Assembly (NCBI RefSeq): GCF_030684315.1
Contig: NC_081376.1
Coordinates: forward strand, 19,759,018 to 19,823,017
DNA length: 64,000 nucleotides
Direction: 5' to 3'
Source of the DNA: Stegostoma tigrinum
Lineage: Eukaryota
In this document: positions 27,279 through 39,919 of the stretch, one piece after another
Layout: the number at the start of each line of letters is the position of its first letter
Position numbering within the stretch: position 1 is the first letter of the stretch
Made by a program: the position numbers and the translations under genes
The notes under the pieces: generated by a model
Database searches by the model: none
Told to the model about the DNA's origin: nothing
Seen by the model: only the letters and a program-made list of their open reading frames with translations

Positions 27279-27861
27279 CTGAATAATTAAGAAACTGAAC
27301 ATGAGCATCAGAAATCTTAAACTTAATTTTCTAATTCCCATTCTTCCTCATACTCTCCAGATAATGTTCCTGGCACATCATTTTGTGAAGCAGTCTCGTC
27401 ACACTTTGTCCAACTGTTTTGTTTTACATTGTAATTAATCATTCAGCAGTAAATTATGGTGGATTACTCAAAAACAGGAACATTACTGCTAAATTCAATC
27501 TATTCTCACACCCAATTATTACACCAGTAGCCAATGGATAACAACTGGAAGCACAAACAGTGGATGACCTCTTTTCCTTCACACATTCCAAGTTCTCGAG
27601 GTTGACTATAGCAGGCTACTGGCATCCCCAGCTAAGTAAACCCCAAAGAGAACTGAAGCCTTGAGCTTTTAGTCCACATGGCTTAAGTACTTCAGCACCA
27701 ATATTCGCAGTAGTCTTTATCACAAAATCCAACAGAATCCCCACCTTACCCAAGCCCTTCTTCAAGCACCTCATTTAGCAACAGCCATCACTCTGCAATG
27801 ACAAAAACAACATGGTGTTTATTTTCCTGTGAACAGAGAGAAGGGTCAAAGTGTTGCTCAC

Positions 27862-27943
27862 CTTCAATCTCTGCTCATTCTCAGCATTAACCACCTGAGC
27901 AGCTTCAAGTGTCTGAATCTTTTGCACAGCCTCTTGCCACTTC
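27862..27943 (-). CDS. MAD1L1: MAD1L1 coding exon 5 (82 nt)
   Basis: KWQEAVQKIQTLEAAQVVNAENEQRLK. Acceptor tttccctaaacag|, donor AAG|gtgagc; phase 2-0 is consistent with its neighbours. Confidence 0.92.
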
Positions 27944-28826
27944 CTGTTTAGGGAAAGGAAACAAAGTTTAAAACAAGTTCAGTCCCAGTAAGTCTAGCTG
28001 AAATCACCAAGAACAAAACAGGTGAAGTAAGGAGTTTTGTTCCTTAATTTCAGGTTTATTTTTTCATGGGTAAACAAATCTCTACCACTCTCCTTTGCAA
28101 AATTTCTACAGTCTTTTCCCTATTCCAATGTCTTAGCCACACAAGTGAGGAAAATTCCAGTTCAATCTCCTTCTGAAGTGGACCTTAACTAGGGCAGTAC
28201 TAAGATCTTACATTCGGTCGTGGTTTCCCTAAGTTGGGGCAGCCAACATCTACTTGGGTTCCATTCCTAAATGTTATACTTCTGCAGAAAATGATAAATG
28301 AAGTTCATCTGCAAAGCCCACTTGGATGATTGGTCTTTTGACACTTACCATCCTGACTCACTTATGAGTAATAGTCACGGGTGAGGTAGCAGAGGGCAAC
28401 TGCACCCAGTAAATCTAATCCGAGTGATGAAGTCAATTTAGTTAAGGACAGAACATTGCAGATGTCAAGCCAGGCCAGGATAATGGAGTCAGCAGCCATT
28501 TCGAACTGTTCTGTTGCCCGATGACGCTGAATGAAGATAATGGCAGTATCTGGACTCTTATGGGACTAGGACAAGAAACTGAAGGGTTGCCAGTTTCATT
28601 GGAAACAAATTCCAAGATAACTCAACACTATCAAGTGACAATGGGAAGTAAAATGAGATTACAAAGAAATTCTTTTGTTTTAAGACTTTTATAAGTTTAT
28701 AGACATTTAGCTTTCTTCCCAGGTTCAAGAACTCCGACTACATCAATAATGAAAAACAGAGATGGAGATTAAAAGCCCATATAGTTGTGCTTGATGGTGC
28801 ATAAACTGGTTTATTTTTGGACTTAC

Positions 28827-28951
28827 TTATGTTGCACTTCCACTTGCTCACGTAGCTCCTGGCACTCCGTGTTCAGTGCTGTCAGCTGGATTTCCTGAGT
28901 CATCTGTTGCTGCTGCTGTTCTGATATCTTAGCTTTCATGACATCAATCAT
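28827..28951 (-). CDS. MAD1L1: MAD1L1 coding exon 4 (125 nt)
   Basis: MIDVMKAKISEQQQQQMTQEIQLTALNTECQELREQVEVQH(K). Acceptor aaatcag|, donor AA|gtaagt; the frame continues from the previous exon. Not in the ORF track. Confidence 0.92.
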
Positions 28952-29156
28952 CTGATTTATAACAGAGAAAAACACTATCATGAGAGGAAACATTCAAACA
29001 GTTGTGCCCAAAGTTCAACTTGTAAGATTATGTTAACTAACCTTGCATCTCTTTTATCAGTCAAATTTTGCATACTTTTAAAGGAACCAAATTGTATTGT
29101 AACTTACTGAAATTGAAACAAACTCTCCACCTGACAAATGATAAATGTTCCATAGC

Positions 29157-29379
29157 TAACAAAGTGTGGGGCTGGATGAACACAGCAGGCCAAGCAGCAT
29201 CTTAGCAGCACAAAAGCTGATGTTTCGGGCCTAGACCCTTCATCAGAAAGAAAGGGTCTAGGCCCGAAACATCAGCTTTTGTGCTCCTAAGATGCTGCTT
29301 GGCCTGCTGCGTTCATCCAGCCCCACACTTCGTTATCTTGGATTCTCCAGCTTCTGCAGTACCCATTATCTCTGATCAT
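29157..29379. mobile_element. Fold-back (palindromic) Penelope-terminus insertion
   Basis: Near-perfect inverted arms of about 85 bp (29157-29241 / 29252-29336); TSD AATGTTCCATAGCT / AATGTTCCATGGCT. Confidence 0.88.
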
Positions 29380-29546
29380 AATGTTCCATGGCTGTTGCTA
29401 TATCAAAGCAAATACAAAATAAGCACAGCACCTGCTCAAGGTCAGCAGTTATGTAACAAGGGGTGGATGGTCAGCTTAATAGGAGTCAAGCATTTTTATT
29501 GAAGAGCAAGATCCTTCCATAATCAAATATCCCATGACAGGAAATA

Positions 29547-29773
29547 CAGGTAGTTCTGCTATAACACGTGTTTCGTCAACACAAATTGGCTGTAATGCGA
29601 TTGATGAATAATGGGTGCTGCTTGGATAACACAAACTCTCTGCTATACGGGTATAGCAACTTTCTATAGTGATTTCCCTATGAAAATTTTCTACACCAAT
29701 TTTCTCTAGCAGGATTTTCTATAGCACAAGGTCACACAAGAACACAACTATTGCACCATAGGAGAACTACCTG
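29547..29773. mobile_element. MITE with Tc1/mariner/pogo-like terminal inverted repeats
   Basis: TA|CAGGTAGTTCTGCTATA ... CATAGGAGAACTACCTG|TC (15/17 inverted match); no ORF. Confidence 0.65.
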
Positions 29774-30334
29774 TCCATGAATGTGAAGCATCTTCCACGA
29801 TCTAATTTGTTTTTAAGTAACAACTTAACATTCAAGCACAGAATTATTTTTTCCTTTGTTCATTCACGGGATGAGGGCATCGCTGGCCAGGCAGCATTTA
29901 TTGCCCATACAGCAGTTCAGAATCAACCACATTGCTGTGGGTCTGGAGTCACACATAGGCCAGACCAGGTAAGGGTGGCAGTTTCCTTCCCCAAAGGACA
30001 TTCGTGAACAGATGGGTTTTTCCAACAATCGACAATGGATTCACGGTCATCATTAGACTCTTAATTTCAGATATTTATTGAGTTCAAATTCCACCATCTG
30101 CCGTGGCAGGATTCGAATCCATGTCCCCAGAACATTACCTGGATCTCTGGATTAACAGTCCAGCGATAATACCATTAGGCCATCATCTCCCCCTTCTAAA
30201 TAATCAATGCAGTGATGCAGACAAGGAAAATAAAGGATTTAGCAACTGTATTTTTCTATTAGTTTCAACTTTCTTGCATGGTGCTGCAATACTAGGCATC
30301 TACCGTAAGAGGTCCTCTACACTGAAAAAGACCA

Positions 30335-32590
30335 GAAGATATAGGGAGCATAATTAGGTCATTTGGCCCGTTGAATCTGGTCCGTCATTCAATCATGGCT
30401 GATATGCTTCTCAACCCCATTCTCTTATTTTCTTTCTGTAACCTTGAATCCCTTACTAACCAATAATCTATCTGTCTCAGTCTTAAAATATTCCCAATGA
30501 CTTGGCTTCCACAGTGATCTGTGGCAATGAATGCCATAGATTAACTCCCTTTGGTTGAAGAAATTCCTCATCTCAGTCCTAAAGGGTCATCCATTCACTC
30601 TGAAGCTGTGCCCTCAGGTCCTAGTTTCCCCTACTTGTTGAAACATCTTCTCCAAATCCACTTTATCCTGGTGACTCAGTATTCTGCAAGTTTCAGTCAG
30701 ACCCCACTTCCTCCTAAACTCCATCGAGTACAGATCCACAGTCCTCAACCACTCCTCATATGACAAGCCTTTCATTCCTAGGATCATGCTTGTAAACCAC
30801 CTCTGGAATCCTTCCAATGTCAGCAGATCCTTCCTCTGATAGGGGGCTCAACACTGCTTACAATATTCTAAATGCGGTCTGACCAGTGTTTTTATACAGC
30901 AGTACATTTCTACTCTTTTATTCTAGTAGTATTGAAATTGTAATGGACCGGGCCAGACACTCAAAATATTTCAAGAAGGTAGCCTAGACCCTAACCTTTT
31001 TTTTATTTTTAAGGTAGATATGAAGTGTACGTTCCACGTGTGATGCAACTGGTCAAACCACTCAGCATTAAGAAAAACAGAATTTATTTAACCACTACAG
31101 TTGAAACACGAACAAAAGACAACAGAATTTAGAATAAATTAATTATTGAAAAACTTGACCCAACACAGCAAATTAACTAATTATCTGTTCCAATCATATG
31201 AACATCCCACAAATACACCCCTTGACAAAAAGGAAAATTCAAACACAGATTCTTACAGGCAGGCAGGAACAACATCCAGAGAGATTTCAGACAAAGTCAG
31301 TTAGGAATCTTTTACTGAAGCTTGCAACCCTTCTGGTATGCTAAACATTTTGTGACTGCTACAGCTGAAGGTAAATTATAAAACCCTAAGCTGGGAGAAC
31401 TGGCCACTCCTCTTCTATTGTTAAACTGCTTTAGCTTTCTAGCATCCCTCGGCTCCATGGCACTCTGTCCTTACAACCACTCTTCAGAAAATCTCAGGAC
31501 AAAATAACATTTCTGAAGTGTCAGCATCGTCACAAAATGAATGTTAACATTGCATTTGCCTTCCCCACTGCCAACTGAACCTCCATGTTGACTTTTGAGA
31601 ATCCTGAGCTCAGACTCCCAAGTCTCTTTGTGCTTCAGATTGCCGAAGCCTTTCCCCGTAGAAAATCATCTACACCTCTACTCTTCCTACTAAAATGCAT
31701 AACCTCACACTTTCCCACAGTATATTCATCTACCACTTCTTTGCCAACTCTGTTAGCCTGTCCAAGTCCTCCCGCAGCTTCTCAGCTTGTTCAACACTAC
31801 CTGCCCCTCTATCTATCTTTCAGTGAATACAAACTTAGCAACAATTCCCTCAGTTCATTCATCCAGATCATTAATGTAGAAAACATGAATTGTTGTGGTC
31901 CCAACAATGACCCTTGACAAAGCTGTGTTAACTCAGTCCTGCTTTACCATGTACTTCCAAATATTCGCATCCTTAAATACAGACTCCAAAATCTTATCAA
32001 TGCCCAAGGTCTGGCTAACCTGTCTATAGTTTTTAGTCTTCTACCTCCCTCTTAAACAGGGGTGTTACACTAGCCATTATCTGTCCTGTGGCACTCTCCC
32101 TGACTCCAGTGATTCCTGTAAGATCACCACCAAAGCCTCTATAATCTCCTCTATAATGTCCTTCTGAACTCTGGGATGCAATCCATCTGGCCTTGGTCAA
32201 TTATCCACCTTCTTCTTAGTGATGGCGAATATACTCGTCTCTGCCCACTGACTCTTGAAGGTCTGGTATGCTGCTGGCATTTTCCACAATGAAAACAGAT
32301 GCAAAGTACCTCTGCCATTTTTTTGGTCCCCATTACTACTTCTCCAAGCTCATTTTCCCATGGTCCAAGGTCTCCTCTTGCCTCTCTCACCTTAAAAGAC
32401 CTTTTAGAAAAACTCTCAATCTTCTTTGTTACAAGCAACTTTCTCTCATATTTCATCTTCTCCCATCTTAATTCGTTTTTGATGATCTTCTCAAATTTTG
32501 TAAGAGCTTCCCAATCCTCTGCTTTCCTACTAATCTTCATCACACTACGATTTTTCTTTTGCTTCTGTTTTTATGCTGTCCCTGAGTTAC
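30335..32590 (-). mobile_element. Degraded CR1 LINE interrupted by a solo LTR
   Basis: ORFs 30614 (QRWFTSMILGMKGLSYEE) and 32151 are CR1 ORF2 pieces. Confidence 0.88.
30939..31534. mobile_element. Solo LTR (596 bp), probably Gypsy-type
   Basis: TG...CA ends (TGTAATG / CGTCACA) with a 4-bp AAAT duplication (30935-30938, 31535-31538). The host CR1 rejoins as ttgaaatgaatgttaacattgc. Confidence 0.8.
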
Positions 32591-33785
32591 TAAAAAAAAA
32601 TTACAAATCCTCTTGTGGCATATCATTGGAGCTGTGGCAACAGTACACAGCTCCAAGCCAAGTTACAAATCCCACACAAATAAAATTTACATCAACTCTC
32701 CAGTGTAGGGGAGGTAACATGATTGGGTGAGTTGAAAAAAAAAATGCTCGCTGGTGTCAACCTGTACAAATATGTATTTTCTTAATTTATAACAGAAATC
32801 CAAAACTCTATCTGCATAAAATAGTGCAAGAGTTGTACAGCACAGAAACATGCTCCTCAGTCCATCTCAAACTGATAGTTATCCACTCCCATGAAAGTTT
32901 CCAGTGTGATGATTTATTCGTGCACAATAACAGGATGAACTTTGCAAAAAGTAAAGATTGTCACACAATATCTCAAAAGTGATCATACACTGTTCCCTAA
33001 TGTCATTTTCTGAAAACAATTCAATCAATTTTGAACCTGAATAAATAAATACAAAACTGCTTCCTCATTTGCCATAGCGAGCCTGTTTTAAAGACTGCCC
33101 ATATAATTTCTAAAATACTGTTTCTTCTGATTAGTTTTGAACTTACAACCCTCCCTGCGCTTCTTTCCAAGTACACATCCTACTTGTTGAGATAAAGGCA
33201 AAGCAGTGATCATGGTCAATCTGAAATAGTCTCTTTAGATTCCTGCAAACAATAATAATACCTGTAAAAAATTTCCATTGAAGAAAGAACAATTTGCATA
33301 AAAATTCCACATAATCCAACCTTTCCAAAATTCTAAACATCTACTTCTGTACACCTTCAATGACTTGCACATAATTCAATTTGTTATAGGTGTAGGTAAT
33401 GGTAGCAAGACAAAAGGAGCATATCTTTCAATTATTAAAGGCAAATTTAAAACAGTAAACTTTCTTCCAATGAATATTAATCAACCTGTAGAAGGAATAT
33501 CTGCATAGGTCCTAGGAGACACATTGCTTAACATCTTTTAACAAACCTATTTTCAAATTGTTCCACTGCCTCATCCTCCCCGATCGCTGTAATCCGCTCC
33601 AGCTCTACGATTGTCTAATAACTGCTCCTTCTTGTAATCTAACCAATGGTGAATTTCCTCCCTTTAAGTCATCACCTGCCTACCTGAGGCTACATTTTGG
33701 CCAGAAGTCATAGCTCTGTTACAAAATATTTCTCATACTGTTTCCATGAAACATCTTGGAATATTAAAGGCACTACACTTGGGTA

Positions 33786-33990
33786 CAAAAACAGAAATTA
33801 TTGGAAAATCTCAGCAAGTCTGGCATCTGTGCAAAGAAATCAAGAGTTAGGGTTTTGGGTCCAGTGACACTTCTTCAGAACGGGACCAAAAACATTAACA
33901 CTGATTTCTCTCCACAGGTGCTGCCACGTCTGCTGAGATTTTCCAGCAATTTCTGTTTTTGTTTCTGATTTCCAGCATCCATGATTCTTT
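33786..33990. repeat. Fold-back Penelope-terminus repeat
   Basis: acaaaaacagaaattattggaaaatctcagca...tgctgagattttccagcaatttctgtttttgt inverted arms around a decayed hammerhead core. Confidence 0.8.
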
Positions 33991-34283
33991 CATTTTTTTT
34001 TTGTTTAATACATAAAGGTAATTAGTGCCATCATGGGAAAGTAACCAGACAGAAGATGGGACTTTTCTTACAAGCTCAGAATATCAGACACTAGATTCCA
34101 AGGCAACTGTCTCAGGTTAACTGACAAGTGTCACTAAGGGTGGAGTCAATAAAGAATGCTAGAAGACAAGGAGAAAAATTAGGAGAATTAAGTACACTTG
34201 AAAATATTGTTATTTGGGATTTAGATTAACAGTTTACATTTTATGTTGACTACGTTATATCTGTTGCAGAGTCGATTCTTTAC

Positions 34284-34463
34284 CTGATTAGCTTCAGCAA
34301 GCTTTTCTTCTTTTTCTTGGAGTTTCTTACTTTGAAGCCCAAGGTCCTCTTTCAATGACTTATTGATATCAATCTGATCCTTCAATTTTGTCTCAACATC
34401 TGCCTCCTTCTCCCGCAGTTGTTTCATCTGGGTTATTAGCTCTTGGTTTCGATCTGCCTCTCG
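34284..34463 (-). CDS. MAD1L1: MAD1L1 coding exon 3 (180 nt)
   Basis: READRNQELITQMKQLREKEA...KLAEANQ coiled coil. Acceptor ttctaatgtag|, donor CAG|gtaaag; phase 0-0. Confidence 0.95.
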
Positions 34464-34619
34464 CTACATTAGAAGAGAAAAATACAAAATAGAAAAATAG
34501 ATACTTCAAATAAGAATAAATCATTCATGTAAAATATTAATAGTTCTGATTTGAAATCATAACTTAAATAAGAACACTATATAAATAAGGTTAGCTTTCA
34601 AGGTCAGTTTGTGATACAA

Positions 34620-34822
34620 AAATCAAAAGAACAACAGTTGCCGTAAATCAGACAAAAACAGAAATTGCTGGATAAGCTCAGGTCTGGCAGCAACTGTGGA
34701 GAGAAATCAGAGTTAATGTTTCAGGTCTGAGGAAGGGTCACCAGACCCAAAACGCTAACACTGATTTCTCTCCACAGGTGCTGCCACACCTCCTGGGCTT
34801 TTCCAGCAATTTCTGTTTCTGT
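34620..34822. repeat. Fold-back Penelope-terminus repeat
   Basis: acagaaattgctgga...tccagcaatttctgt inverted arms; centre CTGAGGAAGGGTCACCAGACCCAAAAC. Related copies at about 26625-26800, 48975-49140 and 55660-55800; partial copies at 1275-1370, 23510-23600, 46300-46436 and 52320-52440. Confidence 0.8.
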
Positions 34823-35217
34823 CCTTGAGATAATCAAAATTAGTTTCTCAAGCTCAACTATTTCCGATGCATATAGAGGCAAAACAGGTTAATCACAGTC
34901 TGCTCGGTGTTTCAATGTTCTCAAACTTGTCATTTGAGAATAGTGAGGAAGTACCGAAGATTTACAAGCTGAGGAAGAACTGGCAAGCCATAAAGTCAAT
35001 TCTTACTTTTCTCACTGTAAAGGTTATATTGTTGGACAGGTGATCTAAAGGCTAGACTAATAATCAAGAGGAATTGTGTTCCACCTCGGTGTCATGACAC
35101 CTAATAACGCTGTGCACTGGCAAAACAGAGACAACAACTAAAACCAGAAGATTGCAAAATGTGAAGAGTTTTTGAAATCAGAACAATTTGAAGACGTTCC
35201 TACACAGCTGTCAGTAC

Positions 35218-35358
35218 CTCATAGTTCCAGGAACTATTTTGCGCTGCTTTCTCCAGCTCAATCCTGGCCCGTTTATGACTGACCTCCATCTTCTGTTTCT
35301 CCCATTCCACCTCTAGAATGCGTGAATGCGAACGGACGTAGTCAGCCTGCTCTTCAGC
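35218..35358 (-). CDS. MAD1L1: MAD1L1 coding exon 2 (141 nt)
   Basis: AEEQADYVRSHSRILEVEWEKQKMEVSHKRARIELEKAAQNSSWNYE, containing the MAD1 SHKRARxELE motif. Acceptor tatcag|, donor GAG|gtactg; phase 0-0. Confidence 0.95.
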
Positions 35359-36055
35359 CTGATAAACACGTGGCAAAAAAAAGTTAACACTCAACTTTTT
35401 GGGGAGTTGATGCACTGGCATGGAGGGAGTTAAGGGAGGTTGGAAGGAGAGATGTATGAACTGAATTGAAGACATTAAGAACATAAGAAATAGGCACAGA
35501 ATGGGCCATATGGTCCTGCTCCACTATTCTTCAAGATCATGGTTGAATCTTTCGATCAACTCTACTTTATCTCCATTTCCCTTAATGCTATCGGACCTTG
35601 GTGTACTAAATCAAATCCTCGGAAATGTTCTCAATGACGTACATTCTGACTGTTTCTGCACCACCCCCATAATCCACATTTGCCCGCCGCAACTATCCAT
35701 TGCCTCCTCTTGTTTCCCGAGAACATCCTTCAAGAACTCCACAGTATTCTTTATTTTGCAAACAGGAGAAGCCCAAATAGTTGATTGAGACTAGGGTCCT
35801 GAATCTAAATAATAAGGAAACTACAATAGTGTGGGGCACAAATTGATTCCATTACATTGGGTGACTCAAAAGGACAATAACGGATAGGCAATGGCAAATA
35901 TTTAAAGAGTGCATGGAGAAACTACAACAACTGTTCATTCCTCTCAAAATAAAATGGCAAAGATAGTCTGACTATGGCTAACAAGGGAAACTAGGAATGG
36001 AATTAGATCCAAGGAATGGGAAGACAAATTAGCATAAAAAGGCACCAGGCTTGAA

Positions 36056-39000
36056 TCAGTCATAGTCATATAGCATGGAAACAGACTATATGCTCCTCAT
36101 GATTTCATATATCTCTCTCTCAGATCACTCGTCAACTTTCTTTGCTCCAGCCAAAATTGTCCCAGCCTATGCAGCCTCTCCTTATAACTCAAATCCTCCA
36201 TTCCCGGTAACATTCTGGTAAATCTTTCATGAACCATCTCCAATTAAATCATATCCTTTCTTTTGCAGGGCAACCAGGACTGTACACAGTGCTCCAAAAG
36301 TGGCCTCACTGATGTCCTGAACAACCTCAACATGACATCCAACTCATATACTCAATGGTTTCCGCAATGAAGGCAAGTGTGCGAAATGCCTTCTTAACCA
36401 CCCTGTCTACCTGTGATGCAAATTTCAAAGAATTATGTGCTTGAACTCCGAGGTGTCTCTGTTCTAAATCATGACCAAGGCCCCTACTATGAACCATATA
36501 AGTCCTGACCTTGTTTGTTTCACCAAAATACAATACCTCGCATTTACCCAAATTAAACTCCATCTGCCATTCACCCAATTAATCAAGACCTCTTTGTAAT
36601 AGAACATAGAACAGTACAGCACAGAACAGGCCCTTTAGCCCACGATGTTGTGCCGACCATTGACCCTCATGTATGCACCCTCAAATTTCTGTGACCATAT
36701 GCATGTCCAGCAGTCTCTTAAATGACCCCAATGACCTTGCTTCCACAACTGCTGCTGGCAACGCATTCCATGCTCTCACAACTCTCTGTGTAAAGAACCC
36801 GCCTCTGACATCCCCTCCATACTTTCCTCCAACCAGCTTAAAACTATGACCCCTCGTGTTAGCCTTTTCTGCCCTGGGAAATAGTCTCTGGCTATCAGCT
36901 CTATCTATGCCTCTCATTATCTGGTATACCTCAATTAGGTCCCCTCTCCTCCTCCTTTTCTCCAATGAAAAAAGTCCAAGCTCAGTCAACTACTCTTCAT
37001 AAGATAAGCCCTCCAGTCCAGGCAGCATCCTGGTAAACCTCCTCTGAACCCTCTCCAAAGCATCCACATCTTTCCTATAATAGGGCGACCAGAACTGGAC
37101 GCAGTATTCCAAGTGCGGTCTAACCAAAGTTTTATAGAGCTGCAACAAGATCTCACGACTCTTAAACTCAATCCCCCTGTTAATGAAAGCCAAAACACCA
37201 TATGCTTTCTTAACAACCCTGCCCACTTGGGTGGCCATTTTAAGGGATCTATGTATCTGCACACCAAGATCCCTCTGTTCCTCCACACTGCCAAGAATCC
37301 TATCCTTAATCCTGTACTCAGCTTTCAAATTCGACCTTCCAAAATGCAGCACCTCACATTTATCTAGGTTGAACTCCATCTGCCACCTCTCAGCCCATCT
37401 CTGCATCCTGTCGATGTCCCGCTGCAGCCTACAACAGCCCTCTATACTGTCAACGACACCTCCGACCTTTGTGTCGTCTGCAAACTTGCTGACCCATCCT
37501 TCAATCCCCTCATCCAAGTCTTTAATAAAAATTACAAACAGTGGAGGCCCAAGGACAGAGCCCTGTGGAACACCACTCACCACTGACTTCCAGGCAGAAT
37601 ATTTTCCTTCTACTACCACTCGCTGTCTTCTGTTGGCCAGCCAATTCTGTATCCAAGCAGCTAAGTTCCCCTGTATCCCATTCCTCCTGACCTTCTGAAT
37701 GAGCCTACCATGGGGAACCTTATCAAATGCCTTGCTGAAGTCCATATACACCATATCCACAGCTTGATCCTCATCAACTTTTCTAGTCACATCCTCAAAG
37801 AACTCGATAAGGTTTGTGAGGCATGACCTGCCCCTCACAAAGCCATGTTGACTGCATTTAATCAAGCCATGCTCTTCCAGATGGTCATAAATCCTATCCC
37901 TCAGAATCCTTTCTAACACCTTGCAAGCGACAAACGTGAGACCTACTGGTCTGTAATTGCCAGGGATTTCCCTATTTCCTTTCTTGAAGAGAGGAATTAC
38001 ATTTGCCTCTCTCCAGTCCTCAGGTACGACTCCAGTGGAGAGCGAGGATGCAAAGATCTTCACAAGTGGCGAAGCAATTGCATTTCTCGTTTCCCAAAGC
38101 AGCCGAGGACAAATCTGGTCCGGGCCTGGCGACTTGTCAATCTTAATGTTTGACAAAATTTTCAGCACATCAGCTTCCTCTATCTCTATCCATTCCAGCA
38201 TGCACACCTGCTCTTCTAAGGTTTCATCCACTATAAAGTTTGTTTCTTTCATAAAGACAGAAGCAAAAAACTCATTTAGGACTTCCTCAGGCTCCACACA
38301 CAAGTTCACTATGCTATCCCTGATCGTCCCTACTCTTTCTTTGACCATTCTCTTATTCCTCACGTAAGTGTAAAATGCCTTTGTGTTGTCCCTAATCCGT
38401 TCTGCCGAGCCTTTCTCGTGCCCCCTCCTGGCTCTCCTCAGACCATTTTTGAGCTCTTTCCTCACCTGCCTGTAATCCTCTAGAGCCGAGCTTGACCCTA
38501 GCTTCTTCCACCTTATGTAAGCTACCTTCTTCCTTTTGACGAGAAGCTCCACCGCTCTCGTCATCCAAGGTTCCTTTATCTTACCCCTTCTTGCCTGCCT
38601 CAGAGGGACATATTTATTCATCACTCGCAACAACTGTTCCTTAAACAGTCTCCACATGTCTATACTGCCTTTACCACGGAACAATTGCTCCCAGTCCATG
38701 CTTCCTAACTCATGTCTAATCGCATCATAGCTTCCTCTTCCCCAATTAAATATCCTCCCATTTTGCCTAATCCTCTCCTTCTCCATAGCTATGTAGAATG
38801 TGAGGCAGTTATGGTCACTATCACCAAAATGCTCTCCCACCACAAGATCTGATACCTGCCCCGGCTCGTTTCCGAGCACCAACTCTAGAATGGCCTCTCC
38901 CCTCGTCGGCCTGTCAACGTACTGAGTTAGGAAACCCTCCTGAACACACCTTACAAAAACAGCTCCATTCAAATCTTCTGCTCGAAGGAGGTTTCAATCA

Positions 39001-39188
39001 ATATTGGGAAAGTTAAAGTCACCCATTACAAAAACCCTACTACGTCCACACTTTTCCAAAATCTGCCGACCTATGCTTTCTTCAATCTCCCTGCTACTAT
39101 TGGGGGGCCTGTAGTAAACCCCTAATCTTAGACAACGTTCTTCGCTGTCGCTATACCACCAAATTATTGTCATCTGCAAATTTACTAT
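36056..39188 (-). mobile_element. Older CR1 fragment (36056-36600 plus 39124-39188) split by the young CR1
   Basis: ORF 36327..36578 is RT C-terminal sequence (WQMEFNLGKCEVLYFG). The flanks rejoin as tctttgtaat/cttagacaac...gtcatctgcaaattt, the SKFADD region. Confidence 0.85.
36601..39123 (-). mobile_element. Young 5'-truncated CR1-clade LINE (HER1-like): ORF2 endonuclease C-terminal part plus reverse transcriptase
   Basis: One reading frame 39123-36681 with two nonsense codons (38994-38996, 36990-36992). Motifs GVYYRPP, MGDFNFP, NYRPVGL, DFSKAFD, GVPQGSVLGP, FADDTK; (TTCTATG)n 3' tail; TAAT at both junctions. Confidence 0.97.
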
Positions 39189-39919
39189 GGATTAGGAGCA
39201 GTTTAGATTTAAGCAAAGGAGAATAAAGGCACTGAGTATGAGGTTATAAAAGCTTATCTAGGCAGATGAAGAGAAAATGATTAGTGAAGACAAGAGCAGG
39301 TCCCTTACGGTCAAAAACCGGAGAAAGATTATAATGAGGAACAAAGACACAGCAGACCAACTAAATACATATTTTCATTCTGTCTTCACAAAGGAAGACA
39401 CTAGTAACATGTCAAAATTGCTGCAGAGCACAGTATCTTGCGACAGGGAGCAACTGAAGGATATCAGTACTAGTATGGAAATTGAATCGAGCAAATTAAT
39501 TGGATAAATTGCCAATAAGTCCCCAAGGCATGATAATCTACATTCCAGTGTACTTAGGGAAGTGGCCCCAGAAATAGTGGCTATCTTTCATGATTCTAAA
39601 GACTCTGAAAACTTTACGATTGGCGTATCGCTAACATAAGCCCACTGTTTATGGGATTAGCATTGTTCCTCCCACAGTGCCAGGGCCCCCTCACCTGCAG
39701 AAGTCTGCCAATCCCATCACGTGCACTATAGGGATTCCACAGCTATTTTATAAAAAGAAGAAAACAGAAATATTGACCAGTTAGCCCGACACTGACAGCA
39801 GGGAAAATACTAGAGTCCATTGTAAAAGATTTAATATCACAGCACTTGGAAAATAGTAGATAACAAAGTGTGAGGCTGGATGAACACAGCAGGCCAAGCA
39901 GCATCTCAGGAGCACAAAA

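Noticed and set aside
29157-29336. Long hairpin as a miRNA precursor
   Set aside because: A multi-copy transposon terminus with a TSD; no evidence for Drosha/Dicer processing is available from sequence alone.
37113-38730. Several plus-strand ORFs of 64-171 aa
   Set aside because: Antisense shadows of the CR1 ORF2.
36681-39123. The 660-aa RT ORF as a domesticated gene, retron, or stop-readthrough/selenocysteine gene
   Set aside because: It is ordinary CR1 ORF2, 5'-truncated with a microsatellite tail. The TGA replaces a Trp codon (NIDW) and the TAG is a point mutation, consistent with neutral decay.
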